Below, piece by piece: positions 52,284 through 64,000 of a stretch of 64,000 nt of DNA (within the stretch, counting starts at the first letter, position 1; the number at the start of each line of letters is the position of its first letter). Source of the DNA: Protoeuglena noctilucae (taxonomy: Eukaryota). The DNA is taken from positions 1,240,001 through 1,304,000 of the forward strand of contig OY253672.1 of assembly GCA_958009085.1 (NCBI GenBank). The letters are read 5' to 3'. The notes below the pieces were generated by a model, which made no database searches, was not told the origin of the DNA, and was given only the letters and a program-made list of their open reading frames with translations. Position numbers and translations under genes: made by a program.

Positions 52284-54044
52284 TCATGCGGACTTGGCCT
52301 CCCACACCGGCATCACCCAGCCCTTGGCGTCGGGCAGTCGTCGCGTCTGGATCCCAGTCTGCGCAGCAATCGGCACATCGCACGTCGGCCCCAACCTCAG
52401 ACACTCCCTGCGCGCCAGCATGCCCCTTGGGCCCAACCGCGGCTCTCACTCCCACGCGAGCCCTGCACGGGTGACCAAGGCCCTCACCAGGGTGTCATAC
52501 ATGTCCTTCGCCAGCTTCCCGGGCTCCCCCTCGTTCCCGAACTGCACCCGCCGCCCCTTGTACGTGATAGACCCCACCGACGCCACCACCACCGCCGTCC
52601 CCGTCGTGAAGACCTCGTCTGCCTCCAGAGCCTCCTCAATCGCCTGCGACACGCGCAGACGAGGAGCAAGAACGCGTCGGCGATGAAAGTGAAGCGAGAG
52701 TCGCATTTTGGCGCATGCCATCTGCACAGTGACCATCGGTAGTGACCCCCTGGCGGGCAATGCACGTTGCACCCAGCATCCGCCAGCTTCCTCACCACCG
52801 GGGCCTCCTCCGTCTGGTAGCCCTTCTCCGAGACGAGTTCCAGGATAGACCTCCGCGTCACGCCCGGGAGGATGGACCCGGACGTCGGGGGCGTGATGAC
52901 CTTGTCGCCCTTGACCACAAAGATGTTGCACGACGCCACCTCCTCCAGGTACTTGTCGTGCTGCGAATCATGTTAAAAAAGGTATCGATGTGGTCACTTT
53001 CTCGCGCAGCGCCTCTAGAGCCTAGCATGCCTGTAACCATGCCCTGGGAGCCGGCCTCACCTTGGCGTCCAGGTAAAGCACATCCGCGAAGCCCTGCTTC
53101 TTGGCCTCGAGCTGAGTGACGAGGACGGGCGAGTAGTTGCCCGCGGCCTTGGTGCCGCCCATGCCCCGCGGCGCAGACCGGTGCAGTTGCTCCTCGACCA
53201 GCAAGTCGATGGGCGTCAGCTGCCCGCTCTTGAAGTATGACCCCACCGGTGCGCAGAAGACCAGGAAGGTGAACTCGGGCGCGGGGCCGAGGCCGAGGAT
53301 GGGCCCGGACCCGATCAGAAGCGGCCGCAGGTACAGCGCGCCCTTGCCGAAGGGCGGGACGTAGGCGGCGTTGGCACGGACCACGTCGCGGATCGCGTTG
53401 ACGAAGACGTCCTCCGGCACGCGCCGCATCGCCATGCGCTTGGCGCCGTTCCGCATGCGCTCCGCGTTCAGCTCGGGCCGGAAGAGCAGGATGCTGCCGT
53501 CCTCCGCCCGCTGCGCCTTCATCCCCTCGAAGATGGCCTGACCGTAATTGAGCACCTGGGCCGCAGGCGCGACCTCCAGGTTGCCGTACGGCACCACGGC
53601 ACCCTGCCAGTCCCCGTCCGCCTTACACGTCGCTTTGAACATGAAGGGAGCGACGTTCTGCAGCGCAGCGACGCAGGGGCGGTCAGCGCATCGGGCACGG
53701 CGCCGCGCGGCGAGCGCCGGCGAGCGCCCCCGCCTCGCCTGAATGCCGAAGGGCAGGTTGTCCCAGTCCAGCTTGGTCGTCGGCATCATGCTCGCGGCCG
53801 ACGGGGCAGAAGCCGCCACGCGCGCGATGGTGCTCATGCCAGCGCGAGCCCGCGCGGCCGTGGGGGCCTGGCGCCTGCGGGTGCGCTTCGCGTGCAACGT
53901 TTGGGCCAAGAGCGACGCGCCGGCGCCGTCGTCGCTGACGGGAGCGGCGTTCCACGGCTCCCTCCGTGCAACCACGGGCCCCACGTCCGCGGCGCTCACG
54001 GCGCGCGCGTCCCGCCAGCATCGCGAGGACGCGCCGGCGACATG
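52284..54044 (-). CDS. BCAT: Branched-chain amino-acid aminotransferase; spliced
   Basis: DWDNLPFG, LNYGQAIFEGMKA, LFRPELNAER, LYLRPLLIG, GGTKAAGNY (PLP Lys), ILPGVTRRS and EVFTTGTA; ends ...GWVMPVWEAKSA*. Start approximate. Confidence 0.96.
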
Positions 54045-54720
54045 TCAACGATCCAAGAAATCCGCCCCAGCAAGCCCAAATCGCAGCGAGCGCCACAGGG
54101 CGACCATCGGTCCAGCGCGCGCTCACGTGGACGGCCTGGCGCACAGGGGGCGGCGCGCATCCGAGGCGGTGGTACAGGCCGCCAGACGGTCGACGGCAGG
54201 CAGCGTGGCCTGCGGGAAAAGCATGCCGGGCGCTTGATTAGTAGAGGCGACCCAGGCGAGCGTACCCTCGCTCCGCCGACGGTCGGCATGCAAAAGATTG
54301 ATGCGTTTTTGCGATGCACAGGGGCGCTTGCCGTGGATTTCTCACCGCCATCGTGCTGCAGGTGCGACTGAGGTGAGCGCGAGGGCTCGGGCGAGGGAAA
54401 GTGGACCACTGAGCGCAAAATCCAGACTGGGGTCGAGAGCGGGCGCGAGGACCCGAACAGGCCAGGCGAACCCCATCGCCAGTCGGACTGGGGGGCGGGC
54501 AAACACGCGAGGGTCGAGTTGGCTCAGATAGATAGTGCTCTTCCACATGCATTACCAAATCATCGCATCGGTGCTGGCGTTTCCATCCCACGCCGTCGAA
54601 GCAGAGCGCTGCGTTTCCTACCGCTGCCTGCGACCCGCCCCAGCGCCGCGGTGTCCTGCGGACTGCGTGATTGGACGAGGGCAGCTGGCTGCGTGACGCG
54701 GAAGCGTCGGGGCTGCACCC

Positions 54721-57700
54721 ATGTCGGAAAACATTTGGTGCGCGTTGTTACCTGCTTAGGGTGCAGCCCGGGCAGGTCCTCGTCGATCCGCCCGGGCCTG
54801 CGAGTAACGCGGCCACTTGTTCATGGATGTCCGAGCCACGACGGGTTCTCTGCGGCAGCTATTCCGCAAAGGGCCCAGCACTGCCACCCCGGTTTCCGCA
54901 AGCGTGCGTTTCTCCTCCGCCATCGTCAGCCAAGCGCCGGCCCTTACCCTCTCCCCGCAGTGTCAGCGTGCGTATCCGCCCGCTGAACGAGCAGGAAGCT
55001 GAGCGCGGGACCGGATGGCGCGTGGACGGCACGTGCATCCAGCAGGCCAACCCCATCACGGGGGAGGTGGTGCGAGATGCTCCTCAGGTGCGAGTCCTTC
55101 TTCCCACCTCCCTGGTCAGCTCCCCTCCCCGCCGCGCTTCACATGGGTGGCTGCGCTCCCCCCGCAGTATGTGCTGGACCGGGTCTTTGACGAGACCTGG
55201 GACACCCAGCGGGTGTTTGAGGCCACAACGGCAGGCCTGGTCGACAAGGTGCTGCAGGGCTTCAACGGCACGGTGTTCGCGTACGGGCAGACGTCCTCCG
55301 GCAAGACCCACACGATGCGCGGCTCGCCCGACCGCCCCGGCATCATCCCCTTGGCCGTGTCGCGGGTGTTCAGCGGCATCGCCGCCACCCCGCACCGGTC
55401 CTTCCGCCTCACCGTCTCGTACCTCGAGATCTACAACGAGGAGATCAACGACCTTCTGGCGCCGGAGAACGCCAGACTGGCAGTGCACGAGTCCCACGGG
55501 GCGGTCGTGGTGGCGGGGCTGAGGGAGGACGTGGCGTCCAGCCCGGCCGAGGTGATGGCGCTGATCGAGGAGGGCGAGAGGAACCGGAAAGTCGGGGAGA
55601 CGCGGATGAACAAGTCCTCCTCCCGGTCCCACACCGTCTTCCGGATGGTTGTTGAGGTGGGGGGGCGGGATGCATAGGGCGAGAAGCGAGGGCCGCGCCC
55701 GCTGAGCTGCGTCGTGTTGGTGCCTGTACCGGTGCCGGCTTTCGGCGGCGGCCGTCGATGCCCCTGCTGCGCCCCTCGCAGTCGCGTGCGGTGGCGGGTG
55801 ATGACGCGCTGTGGGTGTCCACGCTGACGCTGGTAGACCTGGCCGGCAGCGAGCGCATCAGCAAGACGGGAGCCGAGGGGGTGCGGAAGAAGGAGGGCGC
55901 GGCCATCAACAAGTCCCTGCTAGTGCTCGGCACAGGTGGGTGGCAGTGATGCTGTGTGGCAGCCCTTGCTAGGGTCAACGCGTGCTGGCATGCCTGGCCC
56001 GCGAGTGTGGCATGCGTGCCCCACGGTCTGGCATGCGCTCGACCGATCCACGCTCCCGAGCTATGCTCTCCACGCCCGTGCCGCACACAGTGATCAACAA
56101 GCTCGCGGAGGGCTCCGGCGGCTACGTGCCGTACCGCGACTCCAAGCTCACGCGCATCCTGCAGCCGTCCCTGGGCGGCAACTCGCTCACCGCCATCATC
56201 TGCAACATCACCCCCGCCTCGTATCACATGGATGAGACGCACTCGACGCTTCGGTTCGCATGCCGCGCCAAGCGCATCACCAACCACGTGGAGCGCAACG
56301 AGGTGGTCACGGACGCAGCGATGGTCCTGCGCCAGCAGCGGGAGATCGAGGACCTGCGCAGCCGTCTCATGGACGCACAGAAGCGCACCTCCAGCGCCAG
56401 CCATGAGTCAGGTGAGCAAGGGTGGGGAAGGTAGGCATGAAGATGCCAGAGAGGTCCTGCATGGGCACCGCGGCATTGTGGGGGAGGCCATGTAAAGTTG
56501 CAGGGTGGGCCTTCTAGCAGGCGGGCACTGTTGAGAGGGTGCTGGCGTTGGTGCCCTGCTCCTTGCACCCTCCCTAGCGTCCCATTGAGCACATCCAACC
56601 GCGCCTCGTTCTCGCAGACGCTGCGGAGATCGGGGCCTTGCGCGCCCAGATCCAACGGTACGAGGAGGAGCTTCGGTGGAGATGTGCGGCAGACTCTGTG
56701 CCTGGCACGCCCCTCGCGGACCTCACGGCCTCGCAGGGCAGCCGCCGCCGCGCCACGCTGTGCCCAGGGGCCCTGGCCATGGCGGGAGAGGCGCCCGGGG
56801 CGCAGACCAAGCGCCCCTGGAGCATGGCGCCCGGCGAGGGCCCCCGGTCGCTGGGCCCTTGCGCCAAGGTCATGCGCACAGACGATGGCCAGTCTCCCGG
56901 GGCCTCGTCGATGCTCAGCGCGCGAGTCGAGGAGCTAGAGGGCGAGCTGGCGGAGGCCAAGGTGCGCTGCGTGCTGGTGTGGGATTGACTGGCCAGGGTG
57001 CCTGGAGGGGCGGTAGCGGGCCAGCGGGGTGGTGCAAGGGCATCGGGGTGGTACAAGGTACTTAGCCCGGGCTCACTGCCGCAAACGCCCCCGCCTCGAT
57101 CTTCTCCTGCAGAAGGCGTTGGAGCGTGCAACTGGAGAGCTTGCGCAGGCGTCCCAGGACCGGGACCGCACATTCCGGCAGCTGCAGGAGGCGCTGTGGC
57201 GGACGCGGCAGCTGGAAAAGAAGGTCGCAGAGGTGAGTTCATCTATTGAGATGACTCGACGATCATGTAAAAACGCCGGCAGAGTTGCTGCGGGTCGACT
57301 CTCGACCCTTACCTTCCCCAGCTGAGAGATCCATGGATTCCCTGCTCGGCCTCTGAGCCTGGAGATGGTGATATGAGCGCGCCAGGCACCGCAGCACGGG
57401 TCCCGTGTCCGCAGTTCGAGGCCAGCGACGAGAGGGGCGCGAGTGACCAGGTGGAGAGGCAGCAGGCGGAACTGGAGGCGGCACGCACTGCGCTGGGGGC
57501 AGCGAAGGAGGCCGCGAGGGGGGCGGAGGAGCAGCGGGAGAGGGCGGAGCGGGCGGTGCAGGAGCGGGACGAGGCGCGGCGGGCGGCGGAGGAAGCCAGG
57601 CGAGCGTCGGGAGGCACCAAGCAGGGCGACGCAGGCCATGGCATGCGTGGCAGGGATGCTGAGAGCAGCCTCGCTCTCTTGCTAGCGCAGGGAGCGGCTG

Positions 57701-60700
57701 GCGAGGCTGGAGGTTGAGGCGAGGGAGGGCCGCGGGCGGGAGGACGCCCTAGAGGAGCGGCTGAGTCAGGCCAGGGCAGACCTGGAGGCGGCTCGGCTGG
57801 AGCGGCGGGGGCTGGAGGAGCGGTTGGAGAAGGCAGAGGCCATGATGACGGAGGTGAATGCGAGTTTATGACTGCACGATGCACGGGGTAGTATGTGGCT
57901 GCACTCGGCATGGGAGCCGGGCAACACCCTTGCCATGCGTGGCTCCTGGTGCGGTGGGTGTGTGCACGGCGTGGCTGGTGCCAGGGCAGTGGTCCGTGAG
58001 GCAAGCCGTCCTTTCGCTCCCCAGGTGTATGAGGAGAACCGTCGCCTGGAGGCGCACTGCAAGGATCTCGAGTCGCGCAAGAGAGCGCCGCTGTACCAGT
58101 ACAAGCAGGAGGCGGAGCTGCGTGCCGCCACAGACAAGGCCCGGGAGGCCGAGGCGCGAGCAGTGGCGGCGGAGGCGTCTCTGAGGGAGGCAGTCGAGGA
58201 GAAGGAGCGGTGAGGAAGCTGACAGCATGGCCCAGGCACAGCGCACAGCACGTCTCCGCATGTCCGCATGTCCCCGGATGTCTCTGTGTGTGCTCTGCAT
58301 AGCTCAGCTGCACCCCGCACGAACCCCCCTCAGCCTGGCCGCGGCGCTCGCCCGTGCGGAGGAGCAGTCGGAGTTGGAGAGGCGGCGCATGGAGGGCGAG
58401 GCGAAGGCCACCGAGGAGGAGCTGCAGGCCCGGTGCCGGCGGCTGGAGGGCGAGGCGGAGGCCGCGAGGGGCGAGGCGCGGGCGGCGGCGGAGGCGGGCA
58501 GAGAGGCGGAGCGGCGGTCGCGCAGGCGCGTGGAGGAGCTGGAGCACGCGGTGGCGAATCTGCGGGACCAGGTGGACGAGAGCCACACGCAGGCGGCGGA
58601 GCTGGCGGAGCGCGTGCGAGCGATGGAGGAGGAGGCGGCGGAGGCACAGGTGCGCGTGGTGGCAGGGGTGATGGTATGCGTGACTGGGTGACAGGTGCGT
58701 TGCATGGGTACACTGCGTGGGGGGTTCCAGGGACGCGGGGCACGCACTGCAGCCCGCCATGCACTTCATGCTCATCCATGCAACCGTCGACCATGCAACC
58801 CCTGTCGACCCCTGTGCTTCGCAGGCGTGCCTCGAGGCCGCGTCATCGCGCGTGATGGCCCTGGAGGACGACCTGGACGCGGCGCAGACAAAGAGGGACG
58901 AGCTGGCGGCGCAGCTGGCCACGGTGGAGGGCGACCTGGCTGCGGAGCGCGCCCGGGCACGTGCGACCGAGGACGACCTTCAGGCGGAGGTGTCACGGCT
59001 GTCAGCGGAGGTGGCGCGGGCGGCGGGGGCGGTGAACGCGACCAAGGAGCTGCGGGAGAAGGCGATGCAGCACAAGCAGGAGGCGGCGAAGCTGCGGCAG
59101 GAGAAGGTGCAGGCGGAGCGGCGGGCGCGGGCGGGTGGGGCCGGCGGGGCGGGCGGGAAGGAGCTTGACTTGGCAAAGAAGGAGGCAGAGCGGCTGCGGG
59201 AGCAGCTGCGGCGCGCGGAGGAGCGGGCGCGGGCGCTGGTGCAGGAGAAGAGTGAGGCGGTGGGCGCAAAGGGGCAGGCGGAGCGAGAGCTGAAGGCGCT
59301 TCAGGCGAAACACGCGGCAGCAACGCGGCAGCTGGAGCGTAGGGACGCGGCGGAGGCGAAGCGGCTCGAGGCGCTGCGGGGGGAGGTGGAGGCGCTGCGG
59401 AGGGCAAAAGAGGAGGCGGCAGAGGCGGCGGCAGCTGGGGCAGCCAGGGAAGACACGCTGCGGGCGGAGGTGGCGGAGGCAGTGGGGCGCGCAGAGGCCG
59501 AAGCTGGGCGGGCGCGAGCGGCGGAGGACGAGGGGACGAGGCGGCAGGAGGAGGCGGGGCGGGCGCGGGAGGAGGCGGAGGAGAGGGCGAGGAGGCTGGC
59601 GGATGCGGAGAGAGAGGGGAGCGAGACGAGGGCTGCGCTGGAGGAGGTGAGGGGCTGTGCTCATCCTTGCACTGGCTACAGTATGTTCAGCCACACGACG
59701 CTTGCTCGTACTCAGCGCAGACATGTTGCCCTTCATGTGCCAAGTCGCTTACGCCATTCTCTGCAGGCCCGAGGCACGCTATCTGCCAAAGAGGCAGCGC
59801 TTGAGTCTACCCTGGCCTCGCTGCGTGACGCCACGGCCAAGGCCGAGGCCCTGAGTCAGCGTGTCACGGAGCTGGAGGGGTCGCTGAGTTTGCAGGAGCG
59901 ACGGGCCACGGAGGCGGAGGCGCAGCTGGCAGAGATACCCGCACTGCAGCAGGCGAGTTGTTGTTGAGGATGTCAGTGCCGCTGGAGTTGTTGTGGGTGA
60001 TCGCCCCACTGGTGGCGACGAGCTGCTGGTGACATGGCCACGGCTCTGGGATCCACGCAGGAGCTGCGGGACGTGAAGGGCCGCCTGGCTGAGATGGAGG
60101 CGGCCTTGACGGAGGCGACGGGGGAGCACGCGGCGGCTCGCGCGCGGCTGGAGTCGGAGCTGCACGCGGCCACGGCAGCGCTGGACCGGGAACGCCGGGA
60201 AGCATCGGACACTGGCGCACGCCTGGCCCATGCAGAAGGGGCCTTGGAGGAGGCGAGGAAGTCGGCCAAGCAGGCCGCGGAGGAGGTCAGGGAGGCGCAG
60301 GTGAGGGGGATGCGAGGGGCTGGTGGCCGAGGGTGGTACACCAGCGACCCCTCCTGCTTGGGGCTGTGTGGGCAGGGGCGGTGTTGAAAAGTGTCTGGGA
60401 TCATTTACGTATGCCGACGATTGCGTTCCCGACCACCTGTCTCACACCTGCCCTGTCACGCAGGCGCGCGCTGCGTCGGTGGCAGCGGAGGTGGCGCGGG
60501 TGATGGCCCGAGCGGACGCGGTGGCGGGGGAGCTCGCCGAGGAGCGCCGCGTCCGCGCGGCCGAGTCCGCGCGTCTCGAGTCGCTGCTGCGGTCCGCCGA
60601 GGCTGAGCGTGACGACGCAACACGTGCCCACAGCGCTGCGGCAGCTGAGGCGAGGGCGGCGCAGGCGCGGGCGGACCAAGCGGAGGCTGCGGCGCAGGCG

Positions 60701-63590
60701 GCGAGGGCGGAGGCGGCGGAGGAAGCGAGGCGAAGGGTTGAGGAGGGGAGGAGGAGGGCGGCGGCGGCGGAGGGGCGCATGGCGGAGCTGGAGGTGGGGT
60801 CGGCGGACAGCGCTCGGCCCCCGGCGATGCGCCCGGTCTCTGCAGCTGCGCGTGCCTGAGTCTGGATGGCGGCCGTCTCGACCGCGCTTGCAGGGCAAGC
60901 TGGCCGAGGAGCAGCGCCGCGCCAAGTCTCTGGCGATGGACGTGACGGCCAGGTCCCAGGAGGTGGGAACGCTGCAGGACCGCGTGGACCGCGCCCGTCG
61001 CGAGGCGGACGAGGCCACGCGCGCCCTGGACGCGGCGTCCGTGCGGCTGCGGGCCACGGAGGCGCGCCTGCAGGAGGCGGAGGTGAGGGAGCGGGGGTGC
61101 GCGACACGGGTAGTAGCCATGCAGGGAGCAACGCATGGGTTGTGCTTGTGGGGCTGCAGCCGTGTTGTCATGAAGTTGGTGTAGGTGATGGTGCGATTGC
61201 AAGGAAGCCGAAGGGGGATGTGGTGCCGGCCCTGACACAGCAGCAAGTGTCAGTGTCGAGGGCAGGACGTGTGCTGCGTCAACAATGGTAACGCACGCGA
61301 CCCGGCCTCGCCTGCTCGCAGAGCGAGGCGCGCCTGGCCGGAGGGAGGGCGCGTGACCTGGAGGAGCAGCTGGCGCGAGCGACGGCGGAGGTCGAGTCAG
61401 TGCGGGCGGGGACTCTCTCAACCGCCACGCAGACGCGGGCGCTGACGGAGCGCGCCCAGCAGGCAGAGGCGGCGGCAGCGAGGGAGGAGCGGGGCAGGGA
61501 AGATGCGGAGACGCGGGCGGCAGCAGCGGAGAGGGCGGCGGCGGCGGCGGCGAGGGAGGTCGAGGAGGCGAGGAGAGAGGCGGAGGTCGCGACAGCGGAG
61601 GCGCGCGACGCCAGGGCAGCTGCCGAGGTGCGTGGCTGCGGGAGAGAGCCTGTTGCTGCCTTGCTCCTGCCTCCCTCACTCGCGCTGCAGAGAGGGCCTG
61701 GGCTGTGGCGGTGGTGTGACAACCGGTGCCGTTTGTGCCACATCGCGTCCTCATCGTTCAGTCGCCACCTCCGCAGGCGGCGCGGGCGGAGTCGGACGCA
61801 GCTGCGCGGCGGGTGGCGGCAGCAGAGGCGGCGGCGGGGGCTGCCGAGGCGGCCCGTCGCGCGGCGGAGGCGGCAACGGACCGGGAGGGCGCGAGGGCGG
61901 ACGCGATTGATGCTGACCGCGAGCAGTTGCGCAAGGAGCTCCATGATAAGAGCATGGAGCTGGCGGAGCTGGTGGCGAGGGCCACGCGGGCGGAGCAGGC
62001 GGCAAAGCGTGCGGAGAGGGCAGAGGCCGAGGTGGCAGCACTGCAGGCGGGCCACGGAAGGTGACGAAGCAGGCACAACGATATGTTTTGGTAGCGGCCC
62101 TGTGCCAGCAGTCCGCGGAATTGCACCGGTTGATGCCGACGATGCTTGTGCTGCTTGCGCTGGCATGCGATGCAGACAGCAAAGCAGTAAAGCACGTTTG
62201 GCGAGACAACACAGCACGTTTGGTGCCCGCAGGGCCGTGGAGCGGTCCAGGGCCGCGGACGCCGACCTCGACCGACTGAGGGGCGAGGCGGCTGCGGCGA
62301 CGAAAGAGGCTGAGGCTGCCCGGGCCATGCTGGCAGAGGCGCTGGGGAGGGAGGAGGAGCTCAGGTGCGGTGCAGCACTAGATTAGTGATGGGTGGCATT
62401 GAGATGTCTTTAACTCACGAACGCTGAGGGGCTGCGTAGAGCCCAGCTGGATCAGCTGGACTGTGCATACACGGGTCCTTGAATTGTAACCTGCCACTGA
62501 TCACTTGACTCTCCCATCGCCATGCGTGCAGCCGTCGTTGTGAGGCCCTGGCTACGGCGCAGGACGAGGCTGTCGAGCGCCTGAGGGTGGCGGAGGCGGC
62601 GGCAGCAGCAGCGAGGGAGGACAGCGAGCGGGCGACCCAGGTGAGCGTCGCATTGCAGCGCGACGGGCACACTCATGACGGGCAGTCCCACTCACGAGCC
62701 AAGCTGCGCGGAGCCAGGCAGCTTGTGCTAAGCTGCGTGGTGTCGCAGGGACCACGCTTGCATCTCAGGAAACTAGCATGCACTCGCTTCTCCGCCCGCA
62801 GTCGCTCCAGCGTGCGCAAGTCGAGCTGCGGAAGCTTCGTGCCGCGCCCCCGCCGGCTTCGGACGCCACCGCACAGCAGCTGGAGGAGCAGCTGCGCAAG
62901 GAGCGCAAGGCCTCGCAGAAGTTCATGGCCGTGCGCACGAGGATGTACCGGGAGGTCGTCGAGAAAGGCAAGGGACGCGCACGTGGTCTGATGTGGCATG
63001 CCATGACATGCACACCGGGTGTCTGTCCACTCCGCGGTCACCTGCACACCTCGCCAGCCCTTGCACCTGCCTTCTTTAACTTCATCACTCTCATGAGCCT
63101 GCTTGCACATCCGAATGCCAGCGGTGGCGTCTGCGCTGCCCCCGCAGGGTTGGCGATCGACGAGGAGCAAGTGCGGCGATTGGAGGCGGCGTTCTGCGGG
63201 GAGTTTGACCACACCGAGAAGGCCCAGCGTTACAAGGCGGAGATCCGCCGGCTGCAGGCCAAGCTGGGCGTCGAGGGGACGCCTCTGCGGGCCATCAGCG
63301 CCAACACGCCCGGCACCATTTCCAAGGCTGAGGCGACGAAGGTGACAGTCGCGGCGCTGTGGAATGCGTATGACTGGGCTGCTGCTTATGTCGACTAGAT
63401 TTAAGGCAGATCGTAGAGATGGTGCACTTGACCGAGTGCCAGTCGCGGCGGGTCTCTTGCACTGGGGAAGGGTCTTGTCACGCGCCAGCAAGGGAGGGTG
63501 CGCAGTGACATATGCAATCTCATTGCGTCCACGCAGGCGAGGGCCGGGCCCATCAAGGTCGAGGATGCTGGCAAGGAGAACGTGATGTAG
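54721..63590 (+). CDS. Kinesin-7 / CENP-E-like N-terminal motor kinesin with long coiled-coil tail; many exons
   Basis: [91 protein letters not shown] and ETHSTLRFA, followed by about 6.5 kb of A/E/R-rich coiled-coil exons. The 3' end (GKENVM*) is tentative. Confidence 0.92.
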
Positions 63591-64000
63591 CATCTCACAA
63601 TGCATGAGCGTTGGTGTCAGTGGCACTGGCCTGGGCTCCTGCAGAGCAATTTGAACTGCGAGAGTTATCGAGCGTCCGCGCGTCTAGCACCACAGTCTGG
63701 CAAGCGCGGGCGCAAGGGCAGGGCGGCTCGAGCCAATCGGTAGGCAAGGAGTGTAGCTAAGGCAGGAAACGACTCGTGAGTGCAAAACATGCTGGCGAAC
63801 ATCGACGAGCTGGCCGCAAAAGGCCGCTAAAGCAAAGGCTGACGATGCAGAACCTCTCGCAACACCTCCACGCGTCCTGAGAGACGCGCCCCTCGCCATC
63901 CATCACCCGTCCCAACGCCTTGCCGCAAGCGCGCCACGCTTGATCAGCCAGCGTGGCGGTGCGCGGCACATAGACCCCGCTTAGTCCCATGGCCTCTTCT

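Noticed and set aside
36289..62386. Many long antisense or alternative-frame ORFs (e.g. 36289-37935, 48100-49608, 57309-58922)
   Set aside because: Shadow ORFs expected from high GC and codon bias. They are low-complexity P/R/A/S-rich sequences with no recognisable motifs.

Overview
Eukaryotic nuclear DNA, GC-rich and very gene-dense, with many short spliceosomal introns (mostly ~70-140 nt). The gene set (nuclear PsbX, ENH1 rubredoxin, OEP24-like porin, a Tat-type lumenal protein) points to a green alga with a compact genome. The genetic code is standard: conserved genes end at TAA, TAG and TGA. I reconstructed 27 spliced protein-coding genes by hand: ATM (5' part), FolD, OEP24-like, an alpha/beta-hydrolase with PTS1, exportin-T, a CCR4/nocturnin-like EEP protein, a lumenal protein, ENH1, TM9SF, PDCD2L/TSR4, class I aldolase, a P-loop kinase, POLD2, RPL30, LipB, PurN, SWSAP1-like, a Fringe-like glycosyltransferase, Sec23, a PP2C-cNMP-kinase protein, PsbX, NF-YB, SDR39U1, SURF6, ERCC8/CSA, BCAT and a CENP-E-like kinesin. 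I found no supportable RNA genes, transposons or CRISPR arrays, and no evidence of a new multi-gene pathway. The most notable observations are: near-perfect strand alternation of genes (23 of 26 junctions); at least nine GC-AG introns; an apparently catalytically dead CCR4-like protein; convergent genes whose stop codons are 17 nt apart; an out-of-frame presequence-like uORF overlapping the LipB start (TGATG); and a TOP-like tract plus hairpin before RPL30. Family calls rest on remembered motifs, not database searches. Gene spans include introns, and some start/end positions are approximate.
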